The translations under genes and the position numbers were made by a program. From assembly GCF_009914755.1 (NCBI RefSeq), contig NC_060930.1: a stretch of DNA of 64,000 nt. One strand, given 5' to 3'. Positions 48,961 to 61,500 of this stretch are shown here, piece after piece (the first letter of the stretch is position 1; every line of letters starts with the position of its first letter). This DNA is from the human T2T-CHM13v2.0 reference genome, Homo sapiens. The notes beneath the pieces were generated by a model. That model was not told the DNA's origin. It made no database searches and worked only from the letters and a program-made list of their open reading frames with translations.

Positions 48961-49716
48961 TATATATGTGTGTGTGTGTGTATACATATATACACACGTA
49001 TATATATGTATATACATATATACACACACGTATATATATGTATATACATATATACACACACGTATATATATGTATATACATATATACACACACGTATATA
49101 TATGTATATACATATATACACACGTATATATATGTATATACATATATACACACGTATATATATGTATATACATATATACACACGTATATATATGTATATA
49201 CATATATACACACGTATATATATGTATATACATATATACACACGTATATATATGTATATACATATATACACACGTATATATATGTATATACATATATACA
49301 CACGTATATATATGTATATACATATATACACACGTATATATATGTATATACATATATACACACGTATATATATGTATATACATATATACACACGTATATA
49401 TATGTATATACATATATACACACGTATATATATGTATATACATATATACACACGTATATATATGTATATACATATATACACACGTATATATATGTATATA
49501 CATATATACACACGTATATATATGTATATACATATATACACACGTATATATGTATATACATATATACACACGTATATATATGTATATACATATATACACA
49601 CGTATATATATGTATATACATATATACACACGTATATATATGTATATACATATATACACACGTATATATATGTATATACATATATACACACGTATATACG
49701 TGTGTATATATGTATC
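48961..49716. repeat. 30-bp-unit minisatellite (tatacatatatacacacgtatatatatgta), about 23 units plus degenerate ends
   Basis: Read directly; three 32-bp variants at 49011-49106 and one 28-bp variant at 49527-49554. Confidence 0.97.
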
Positions 49717-50012
49717 CTGGATATAAGTTTCTTATAAGATACATGATTTTTAAATATTTCCTCCCATTCTTGCTTCCTTAATAGTGTCCTTTGATGTGTA
49801 AATGTTTTTAATCTGGATAAAATTTAACTTACCTAACTCTTTCTTTTGTAGCGTGTGCTTTAGATGGCCTATTTAAGTCTAGTAATGCCTATTCAATAAT
49901 GTATTCCTATATTTTCTTCAAAGAACTGCATATTTTTATGTCTTTAATTTTGGTTTATGATCCAATTTGAGTTAATTTATATATACAGTGCGGAACATGA
50001 GTCCAACTTCTA

Positions 50013-50311
50013 TTTTTTTTTTTTTTTTTGAGACAGGGTCTCATTTTGCCACCGAGGCTGGTGTGCAGTGGCACAACCATAGCTCACGGCAGCCTCCACT
50101 TCCTGCACTTAGGTGATTTTCTACCTCAGCCTCCCGAGTAGCTGGGACTGCAGGTGTGTGCCACCATGCCTGGCCAATTTTTGTATTTTTCTGTAGAGAC
50201 AGGGTTTCCCCATGTTGCCTAGGCTGGTCTCAAACTCCTGGACTCAAGCAATCCACCAGGCTCAGCCTCCCAAAGTGCTGGGAGTACAGCTGTGAGCCAC
50301 CACGCCCAGCC
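50013..50311 (-). mobile_element. AluJ SINE inserted in L1M
   Basis: J-type atagctcacggcagcctc and ggactcaagcaatcc; TSD caacttct at 50004-50011 and 50313-50320. Confidence 0.9.
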
Positions 50312-52383
50312 TCAACTTCTGTATTTTTACATGTGGATATCCAGGTATTTCAGCATCATCTGTTCAGAAGACTATTCTTTCTCACTTGGATTCTTCTGGA
50401 TTCTTCTGTCATTCTTGTAAAAAATAAATAATTTCTGACCTTTCCATTTTTTTCCATTGATTTGTATATCTAACCATATGTCAGTACCACATTTTATTGA
50501 TTACTGTAGCTATGTAGTAAGTTTTGAAATCAAGAAGTGTGACTCTTCCAACTTTTTTTTTTTAAAAAAGGATAGCTTAGCTATTTTGGGGTTTCTTGTC
50601 TTTCCATGTACATTTTAGCATCAGTTTGTCAGTTTATTTAAAAAATAAAAATAAAAAAAGCCCAGCTGGGATTTTGGTAGAGATTGCAATTAGCCTGTAG
50701 ATAAGTTTGGGGAGTCTGTCATTTTAGAAATAATAAGTCTGCCAGTCTACGAGCATGGGATGTGTTTCCATTTCTTTCTTTCTTTTTAATTTTTTTAATG
50801 CTGTTTACTGGCTGTCATTATATAAGCCTTACACTTCTTCAGTAAGCTTTATTTCTTAAGTATTTCACTATTTGTTGTGCTCTTGGAAACACAATTATTT
50901 TTAAAATTTTATTTTTGGATTGTTCATTGTTATCTGTAGAAATCTAATTAATTTTTATATATTGATCTCATATCCTGAATATTTGCTGAATTCATTTATT
51001 AGTTCAATAGTTTTTTTTTTTTAGTAAATTCCTTAGGATTTCTACATACAGTATCATGCCATCTGCAAATTAAGATAGTTTCACTTATTTTTTTTTTCAA
51101 TCTGAATGGTTTTTATTTTTTTCTTGTCAAATTTTTCTGGCAATTTGCTATGGCAGCAATACAAACTTATAGAGTTGTATCTCATAAGTTTGATACGTCA
51201 TGTTTTCACTTTCATTTGTTTCAAATATTTTCTAATGTCTTGTGATTTCTTCTTAGTTCCTTGATTTTTTTGGAATGTGTTAATTTCCACAAATATTTGA
51301 AATCCCCAAATTTTCCTCCGGTTTATTTTCTTCTATTTATTTGTAATTTTATTTCATTGTGATTAGAGAACACACTTTGTGTGATGTCAAAGTTTTTACA
51401 TTTATTAAGCCTTGTTTTATGGCCAAACATGTGGGACATCTTAGAAAATACTCCATGTGCACTTGAGCAGAATGTGTATTGTGGTGTTGGGTGGAGTGTT
51501 CTATACATACCTGTTAGACCTAGTTGGTTTACAGTTTTGTTCGGGTCTTTTATTTTCTTGTTCATCTTGTGCCTGTTTGTTCTATTCATGATTGAAAGCT
51601 GGGTATTAAAATCTCCAAGTATTTCAATAACTCAAACTATTGTCATTGACTCAGATATTTTACATTTCAATTCTTCATCTATTAAGTTTTTGCTTTATAT
51701 ATTTTGCAGCTCTATTGTTAGATGAATATATATATAATTATGTCTTTCTGATGGATTCACGCTTGTATTATGTTAGACATCTATTTTTCACAAGAAGCAA
51801 CTTTGTCTTAAATTCTATTTTTTCTGATATTAGTAGAATCACTTCAGTTCTCTTTTTGGTACATTTTATATAACATATCTTTTTTCTTGATTTTACTTTC
51901 AGCCAACTTATTTGTGTGTTTGAATCTAAAGTATGTTCTGTGGATGCCGTATTATTTCTAACTTTTAATTGTAGTGTTTGATCTATATGTATTTTATGCA
52001 ATTACTGATTTAAAGTTGCCATTTTTTCACTAGTTTCTTACATCTTTTGTTTTTCTATTCCTCCTTTGCTGCCTTCCTTTATGTTAAATAGATATTTTCT
52101 AGCCTACCATTGTAATTTTCTTATTGTTTCTTTTACTTTTTTAAAAGTTATTTTCTACTGGTTGCTTTGGGGATTAAAACTAAAATTTTAATTTAAATAA
52201 TGTGGTTCAAATAAATATTAACTTAATTTTAATATAATTCAAAAACTTTATAACAATATAAAACCATTTATTTTTCATTTCTTTGTGACGCTATCATCAT
52301 ACAAATCATATTTTTATATGTTATAAGCCTATCAATACATTTTCATCATTATTTTATTCAGTTGTGTCTTAAAGAAAAAAGAA

Positions 52384-52460
52384 AAATACATTTATGCATT
52401 TTTACAAAATACATAAATACATTTTTACAAAATACATAAATACATTTTATAAACAAAAAT
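52384..52460. repeat. 23-bp AT-rich tandem repeat (~3 copies)
   Basis: catttttacaaaatacataaata repeated. Confidence 0.8.
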
Positions 52461-53038
52461 ATATTTATGTTGCTTTTTATATTTATCTATGCAGCTACCT
52501 TTACTGGTCCTCTTTATTTCTTTGTGTAGATTTGAGGTACTCTTCAATGTCACTTCATTTCAACCTGTTGGACTCCCTTTAGTATTTCTTATAGGGCAGT
52601 CTGAGAGGGGCAGATCGTCTCCATTTTTGTTTGTCTGGGAATGTCTTAATTCTTCCCTCGGTTTTGAAGGCTATTTATTCTGGATGTAGCATTTGCTGCT
52701 GATGGTGTTTTCCTTTTAGGACTTTGAATATAACACCCCATTGCCTTCCGGCCTCCACGGTTTCTGAGACTCTTATTGAGATTCCTTTATATCCTACGAG
52801 TCACTTTGTCTTTTTTCTTTCTACTCCAATATTTCTCTGTTTTTCTTTGGTCTTTAAGAGTTTAGCTATAATGAGTCTAGGTATAGATTTCTTTGAGTTT
52901 ATCTTGCTTAGATTTTATTTAACTTTTTGAAATGTGCAGAGCAATGTTTTTCAAATTTTGTAGTTTTTGGTTTTTATTTCATCAAATATTCTCTGCTCCT
53001 TTCTCTCCACTCCTTCTGGGAATCCCATTTTGCACATG

Positions 53039-53638
53039 CCATTGGCCCTTGAACACCAGGGGTTTGAACTGCACAGGTCTAGTTATATATGGATTTTCTT
53101 CTGCCTTTGCCTCCCCTGAGACAGCAAGACCAACTTTTCAACAATATAAAATCATTTCCTTTCCATTCTTTCTGGCATTATTGTCATACAAATTATATTT
53201 TTATACATTACTAACTTCCTTGTGTTAAACAGATATTTTCTAACTTACCACTGTAATTCCCTTATTGTTTTTATTACTATTTTTAAAAGTTATTTTCTAT
53301 TTTCCCTTCTTTTCCTCAGCCTATCCAATGTAAAGATGATGAAGATGAAGACCTTTATGATAGTCTACTTCCATATAATGAACAATAAATATATTTCTCT
53401 TCCTTATAATTCTCAATATTTTCTTTTCTTTAGCTTACTTTATTGTAAGAATACAGTATATAATATATATAACAAACAAAATATGTGTTAATTGGCTGTT
53501 TATGTTATTGGTAAGGCTTCCAGTCAACAGTAAGCTATTACTAGTCAAGTTTTGTGGGAGTTAAAAGTTATGCACAGACTTCTTACTGTGTTAGAAGGAT
53601 CAGTGCCCCTAACTCCCATGTTGTTCAAGGGTCAATTG
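53039..53638 (+). mobile_element. Tigger2a (MER28)-like DNA transposon with a foreign insert
   Basis: Terminal inverted repeats cattggcccttgaaca and tgttcaagggtcaattg followed by TA; internal cccctgagacagcaagaccaac and gatgaagacctttatgat. Confidence 0.85.
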
Positions 53639-54149
53639 TATTGGTACACTTGATGGTATCACATGCGTCTCTGAGGTTCTATTTATTTTTCTTCATTATT
53701 TTGTTTTTCTGCTCCTCAGTCTGAATAATCCCAGTTGACTTACCTTCATTAAAAATAAATTATTTAATATTCTGCCAGTTCAAATCTGCTGTTGAACCCT
53801 GAGGTGAATTTTTTATTTCAGAAATTTTATTGTTTTAAAATTTCTATTTCTTTACTGATATTCTTTACTTGGTAAGAGGTTTTTCTTATGATTACCTTTA
53901 ACTCTTCTTTCTTTCATTCTTTCTCTTTCTTTCTTTCGTTTTGTGAACCTACAATAGCTGATTTAAAAGCTTTGTCTAGTAAGTTTTATCTCTAGTTTTC
54001 CTTAGAAAGTTTCTATTGACAGCTTTGTTTTTTTCCTATGTAGTATCCACACTTTCCTGTTTTTTCATGTGTTTCGTAATTTTTTAATTGCATCTTAAGT
54101 ATTTTGACTAAAATACAATGGAGTAAATGTGGAAATCAATGCTCTCCTC

Positions 54150-55540
54150 ATTCAGTTTATAAACAACTTTAATTGAAACACAAAATAAACTAAAAATAAA
54201 CTATGAGCAAAGAACTATCAGTTATAACTAACCCTAAGGAAAGCAGAAATGACAACATTATTGTTTGACACAGGAAAAACTAAGGTGACTCAAGATAAAA
54301 TTAATAAATGGAAAAAAGTATATTTCACATTTGTAAAATGTACTCTCTCATCGATACTTAATACTTATCATGCATTGTGTAATAAATAATGTATTATCAG
54401 TTTTCTGTTGCATAAAGAAACAAGGAAAGCCCAACAGCACTGGGTGACAATGACAGCAGTTTAGAAAGAAAGGAATATGGAAGATTTGAAAACATAATTT
54501 AAATTGTTGAGTTATTACAAATGTTTTAAGATTTATAACCTAAAAATACAGAATTATATCTCCTTTCCAAGTAACCACCAAACATTTAAAACATTGATTG
54601 AATGATGCTACAACCTCAATAAATTTCTCATAGCAGGTATTTAGGTGTATAATCTCTGGTTACAATAAGACACACTTATTAATTAACAGAATAATTTTAA
54701 AACTAATTAACTGTAAGTTAAATATATTATTCCCACTCTTTAGTTATTATGGAAGATAGGAAATAAAATACCAGTATTGACCATTTAGGGAAACCAACAT
54801 TGAAATTCCTACATGTTATTATTCAAGGTGTCCATTTTAATAAGCCATAAAGTTTGATGCACTGAATTGTTATAATATGCCTCATTTGTGCTAAACTTTC
54901 TAAATAGAATATTTCCTCCATTTCCCTGATGTGGACTCTGAAGATTGGAAAAATGAGTATCTCTGAAGAGTCAACTGTGTATGGAAAGTAAATTCATTAT
55001 CTTAAATCCATTCATTATTTAAGAAAAAGTCATGAAAGTGAATAAACAAACCACATGAAAATAACACATATCTAATTCAAAAGGTGGGAAAAAGAGGAAC
55101 AAGTTCAAGGCAAGCAGGAGAAAGGACACTAAGGATTTAACAGTAAATTTTTGATCAGAATAGCATTTTAAATTTATGCTTTCAGACCCTCGTGTAAAAA
55201 ACAAACACGAACCACATAAAAATAACACATATGTAACTCAAAAGGTTGGAAAAAGAGAAGCAAGTTCAAGGCAAGCAGGAGAAAGGAAACTAAGGATTTA
55301 AAAAGTAAATTTTTGATCAGAATAGCATTTTAAATTTATGCTTTCAGACCCTCGTGTAAAAAACAAACAAATGAAAAGCTCAAAAGCTCCCCAAAAGCAA
55401 AAATAGAAAAACAATGGAAAACCAAACAAGAAACCAAACCCTTTCTAAAAATACCATAGTAGCAAGTAAAATATAAAAATTAAAAAAAACCCCAAAGACA
55501 TGAATGAATGCCAAAACCAATTTAAAAAGAATTTTTCTTT
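54150..55540 (+). mobile_element. Highly degraded old L1 ORF2 5' region
   Basis: A-rich; aactcaaaaggttggaaaaagag...caaggcaagcaggagaaaggaaa resembles L1 ORF2. Confidence 0.5.
55049..55369. repeat. 161-bp tandem duplication
   Basis: aaccacat...cagaccctcgtgtaaaaaacaaaca at 55049 and 55210. Confidence 0.93.
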
Positions 55541-55549
55541 GTAATCTTA

Positions 55550-55735
55550 AGACTGTCATTTTCTTATTACAGTGCATTAGCCAGGACTTCTAAAACAATA
55601 TTAAAGAATAGAGGGCATAGTACAGTCAGCATTATTGTCTCAATCCTGACTTTAAGGCAAACATTTCTAACGTCTCACCATTAAGTGCATTGTTGCAGTG
55701 CCTTTTTGTTCAATGCCCTTATCGGATTGGACATA
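55550..55735 (-). mobile_element. Old L1 ORF2 fragment, antisense
   Basis: gcattagccaggacttctaaaacaatatt...ctcaccattaagt...aatgcccttatc. Confidence 0.65.
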
Positions 55736-56231
55736 TTTTCTTATATGCGTCGCTTCTGCTGCCTTGTCCTCTCATTCCTTTGACGCAACAAACCTCTACC
55801 ATCTCAGGGTTTTCATATACATATTTCTAGATTGCTTTTGCCCTCACTTTTCAGCAGAATGGTCCTCAAGATTACTTCTTCCCCCTGGAACAGATTTCTC
55901 ATACATTCCCATGGTACTCTTATCTTTCCCTCAGCGCTCTCATCACCATTTTAATCAGGGGAGACTACTTATGTGTTGCCTTTTTTACCCTGTAAGCTCC
56001 ATGAGTGCAGGACTACGTCTGATTGGCTTTAGTTTCAACAATCAGTTAGGATATCCCTGGCTCATGATGCATGCTTGATATGGGCTTGGTGAATAAATGA
56101 AGTAATATTTACAATAAAACAGTGCCTAGCAACTGCTTTTTTGAAATACAATTCATAGTTTCTTCTTCCACGCCATGACCTTTATAGTAGCCTCAGATTC
56201 CAAGTTTCTAATTTTTTTTAAGTTTACCTGA

Positions 56232-56609
<378 letters not shown>

Positions 56610-56899
56610 TAATCAATAATCAAAACAGAATACATTTACTTTTTTATGTTCATTGCCCACAACTAGAATGTAAGCACCGTAAGAGCAGGGACTTGTTCTG
56701 TTTTCTTCATCACGATATTTCACCAACACCTAAAACAACACCTTGCAGGATCTCAATAAATATTGTTTAAATTAATCATGAAAAATCTAAATGGATTTCT
56801 AATGTATCAGATTCTAAAACTGTTATGTAATAAAAATTGTTAATGTCTGATTATCCATCATTGTTGGGATTTCTATTGTTATGATATCTTTCTAATTTG

Positions 56900-57430
56900 G
56901 CCTTGAGGTCTCTATCTTGAGACCATAAGCTCTTGTCCTGCCCTGACCAGAAATTCAAGGGATTCAACCATGGTATTTACAGTGTACTTTTCATTGGATA
57001 CTTCTTTATCATGGCAGATGGCCTAATGCTTAAGTGTACAGATCCGTGACCAGGTGTCCCTCTCATAGGATCTTATTTATACTGGCTGATACCCTAGTGG
57101 CTCTTGTGTGACTTGTGTCCAGTTTATTCCTACCAAGACAACTACTTTCTAAGAGAAAGCACTGCCCAGACAGAAGGGCATGTTCAGCTGTGTGTGTGTG
57201 TCAAGTGAGACACGGCAAGCGAGTGAAACCAAAGTACATGAACCAGAAGAAATGTGTTACTCATAGGTCCAAGAGAGGTCAGGAGTGCCAATGGGAGGCC
57301 TATGTAAAATCTAGAGGTGGCAGGGAACTCAGCCAGCAGGTGGAGTGGGAGGGAGAGGGGGGACCTGTGCAATTCTGCCTTTATTAAGGTCCATGGGCAA
57401 TATCCCTTAGGTTCTCTAGCAGGAATTGTT
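56900..57430. mobile_element. ERVL-class LTR fragment (MER54/MER74-like)
   Basis: gatggcctaatgct...gtgaccaggtgtccctctca...gtgtccagtttattcctacc; subfamily uncertain. Confidence 0.5.
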
Positions 57431-57439
57431 TTTGGTTAC

Positions 57440-58190
<751 letters not shown>

Positions 58191-58192
58191 GG

Positions 58193-58566
<374 letters not shown>

Positions 58567-61500
58567 TTACACGGTATTGGTGTTGACCATTAGGTTTCAT
58601 TATAGTCAACAACTGTGGAGTGTTGTGTTGTGGGTCAGTAAGATGCAGAAACAAGAGAGTGTATCTCAAACAACTGTGTGGGGAGGGAGGCTTTAAGCCA
58701 GAGGTGACAGGGTACAAATGTGTTTTCAACAACTTATGTTGGCCCCAAAAATGGTTGCCGAGGCAACAACTTCATTGAATAAATTTATGACACCAATATT
58801 CTTTCTTTCCCTGACTGTAGGAAGAAGGAATCTTGGTGGTTATATCACCCCCAAATTCTCCTTATTTGTAATATTCTAGTTAAAGAAAGGTGAGAAAAAA
58901 ATTTAAAGTCATTGAGGCCTAGTTGATGTACATTAGAACAGGCTGAACAAGAAGAGAAAAAAAGGAGAAAGAAAGATGGCAGATACAAGCTACCGGTGAG
59001 AACTTTTTGCATTGGGATTTGATGGTAAGTAAATAAAAGAATTTCAGAATTTTAGGGGAACACCTTTTGGGGAGACATTAATGAACAGATATATTGTTCT
59101 GTGCATTAGTACTGCTTGTACTTGTACTAGAACTGCATTTATCCTGTATTATTTTCTTGAGATCCTAACTAAAGATTTGATGTTTTTATTGCTAATTTTT
59201 ATTTGCAGGGTGTATTCCTTCAAAAGCAAGCCAACAGTACTCCATGTACCTCCAGTCATACTTGGGTAGATAATGAGGCCTACTACTGGGATAGTGAACT
59301 TAAAATAAAGTTTTCAGTTTTACTTCTAATTCAAATTATTACACTAGACTTGAGCCAAAAATATTTTTATCAGACTTTCAGATTTTTGACAAAATAAAGA
59401 AAAAGGAGTACATGGGGTCGACAAACTTCTTGCACTGTGAAAGTACTAAAACAAAACAAAACTAAAAGTACATGATTGCACATACACACATGTGCATACA
59501 TTCACACATTAAAAAGAAAGAAAAACAAATGATATAATGGAGTTTACACTGAGGTCAAAATACTGTACAAGGGAGAATGTGCTGTTGGGGACTGTATGTT
59601 CCAGAGAAGGAACAGACACTATGAAGCTATATATATTTTCACCAGATAGAAGAAGTCTTAAAAATCTCCTTCCTGTATTTGCTGCCTAAGAGTGTTTAAC
59701 TCAATCTCCATGGAGCCTCTGTTTTTTAAGGAGTTAGAGTCACTCCTGGACATGTAGAGAAGATTGATGGTAGCCAATGTTGGGTTAATTCAAAGTTCCT
59801 GGTTCTGCAAGCGAAACTGGATCCCTAGGGACTTGGAAATTGCTGTAGGATTTTCAAATAAACAGGGTTTGGAAGCACTGATAAAAGTTAATTGCTAACA
59901 GAAACTTCAGAAACTGGCAGAAGGAACCATGCCAATGATTGGTGAAAATATTTGATATAGTAAGATTTTTAATGACAAAGAATGAAAAGCCTCAAGGGTT
60001 GGAATGTTTTATTGACTCACGTATTCTGCAGAGACTGAACTAAGGCTTTATCAGTCATCTTTATGGCTCCTTCTGTGCTGGGCTCTCTTAAGCTTTAGAG
60101 AAGTATGAGGACCAATCAATTGTTGAATTTAAGATTATTCTTCAATAAAGAAGACAAATATTTTCCATGTTTACATTAGATTACAGGTTCCACTGAAGTG
60201 ATTTGCCATGGACCAGTGAAGTCGAACTCAAAGATTCTTAGAGAGTTGGGCAAGACTCGTGAAAAGAGTGATCTTTGGGCCATATTGACTAAACATTCTT
60301 GAATTTCGTAACAGAACCCAAGGGATAACTTGAATATCCACTGTTAGCTGAATTCACGAGGGCATAGGAGGAAAAAGGGGTCACTTTAACTGCCCCCTGG
60401 AAGTTGTATTGAGTAAAGACATTTCATTGTCATTTACTGAGGTTGACTTTAGAGTTAGAAGTTAAGTAGGCGACTGCCAAGTGCCACAGTTGGACTCCTG
60501 AGTGAGTCAGGTGCTGTTGGACAGAGATTAGGTCAGTTTGTCAATACTAATTAAAATATTCCTCAGACCTAGCCAGGGACACACCATGGGGATTATGCCA
60601 CTTAATTTACCTAGTATGACGGAGTGAATCATGATTATTTTAAGTATATTTAGAAATTAAATGCAACCAAATTAGTGATGGATTGGTTGTAGACAATGAG
60701 GAAGATGCTATGTTTTTAATAGTGGTGGGCAGATATGGTAGGGTCATATTCCAAAATGGAGACAAAAGGAGGAAGAAAAGTTTTAGCAAGAAAAGGTCAT
60801 TAGTGCAATTTCAGATTGACTGTATTTTAGCAATCATTTAACCCAACTTGTTCTTTATTATCAAGAAATAATTGAAGCCTCCAAATCTCAAGTAATCCAT
60901 GGAATTAGCAGAAAAGCCAATCTTAGAACCCAGACTTACTAAACCTTAAGTCCCAAGATAATACTTTTCAGAAGTGAAATTACTGGGATCATGACTGGAT
61001 GATCCAAACAGCAAATTAAGATTCACAAAATAACCTAAGGACTAAAGAAAAGGGTGGCAGGCTGGAGGTATGTTTGCCTCATTATCAGTGAGTATGAAGA
61101 ACTAATCAAGAACTTAGTAGAAAGTGGAAAGAGAATTGATGCTAGCTGGTGGCATCTGTGGTTAGATATTCTGAACCTCAAATTATATAACTTTATATCA
61201 GTTTTCTATAGAAATGACAATGTATAGTTCACAAGGCCATTCATACATAATGGTTTTGCTCATTGCACCTTGTGGGATAATATTCCTTGTGCAATAATAC
61301 AAAGTCAAGCTGGGAAAAGTAGCCTTTGATATTAGCCATCAAAATTTTCCCATGATTACAGGAATGCTGAGTGCTACCAGTTACTACCTTCAGCTCCTAG
61401 GAAAGCAAACAGTGGTGAATAGAAATACACCACAATATAGAAAAACAGAAGAATGAGGGCCAATAGTGAAGCCAATGTTGCATTACTGATGGAAATTTCT

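Larger units (their letters stand above)
48015..54110 (-). mobile_element. Long ancient L1 (L1MB-like) with an internal deletion and nested VNTR, AluJ and Tigger2a
   Basis: 3' end attgagatataattcac at ~48035; ORF2 endonuclease remnants at 51323-51589 (YRTLHP...SSAHG...SNHNEIKL) and 51768-52001 (ILLISEKIEFK). Confidence 0.85.

Noticed and set aside
48961-49716. CRISPR-like regular array
   Set aside because: The units are tandem with no unique spacers, there are no cas genes, and the sequence is eukaryotic.
48877-49781. Six overlapping ORFs of 252-286 aa rich in Tyr/Ile/His/Thr/Val
   Set aside because: Every stop codon needs two adjacent purines, which cannot occur in a strictly alternating purine/pyrimidine array, so all six frames are open by artefact.
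51323-52001. ORFs resembling an AP-like endonuclease
   Set aside because: These are broken remnants of the L1 ORF2p endonuclease, with the catalytic-region motifs degenerate (SKIDH to SKMSH, SDH to SNH).
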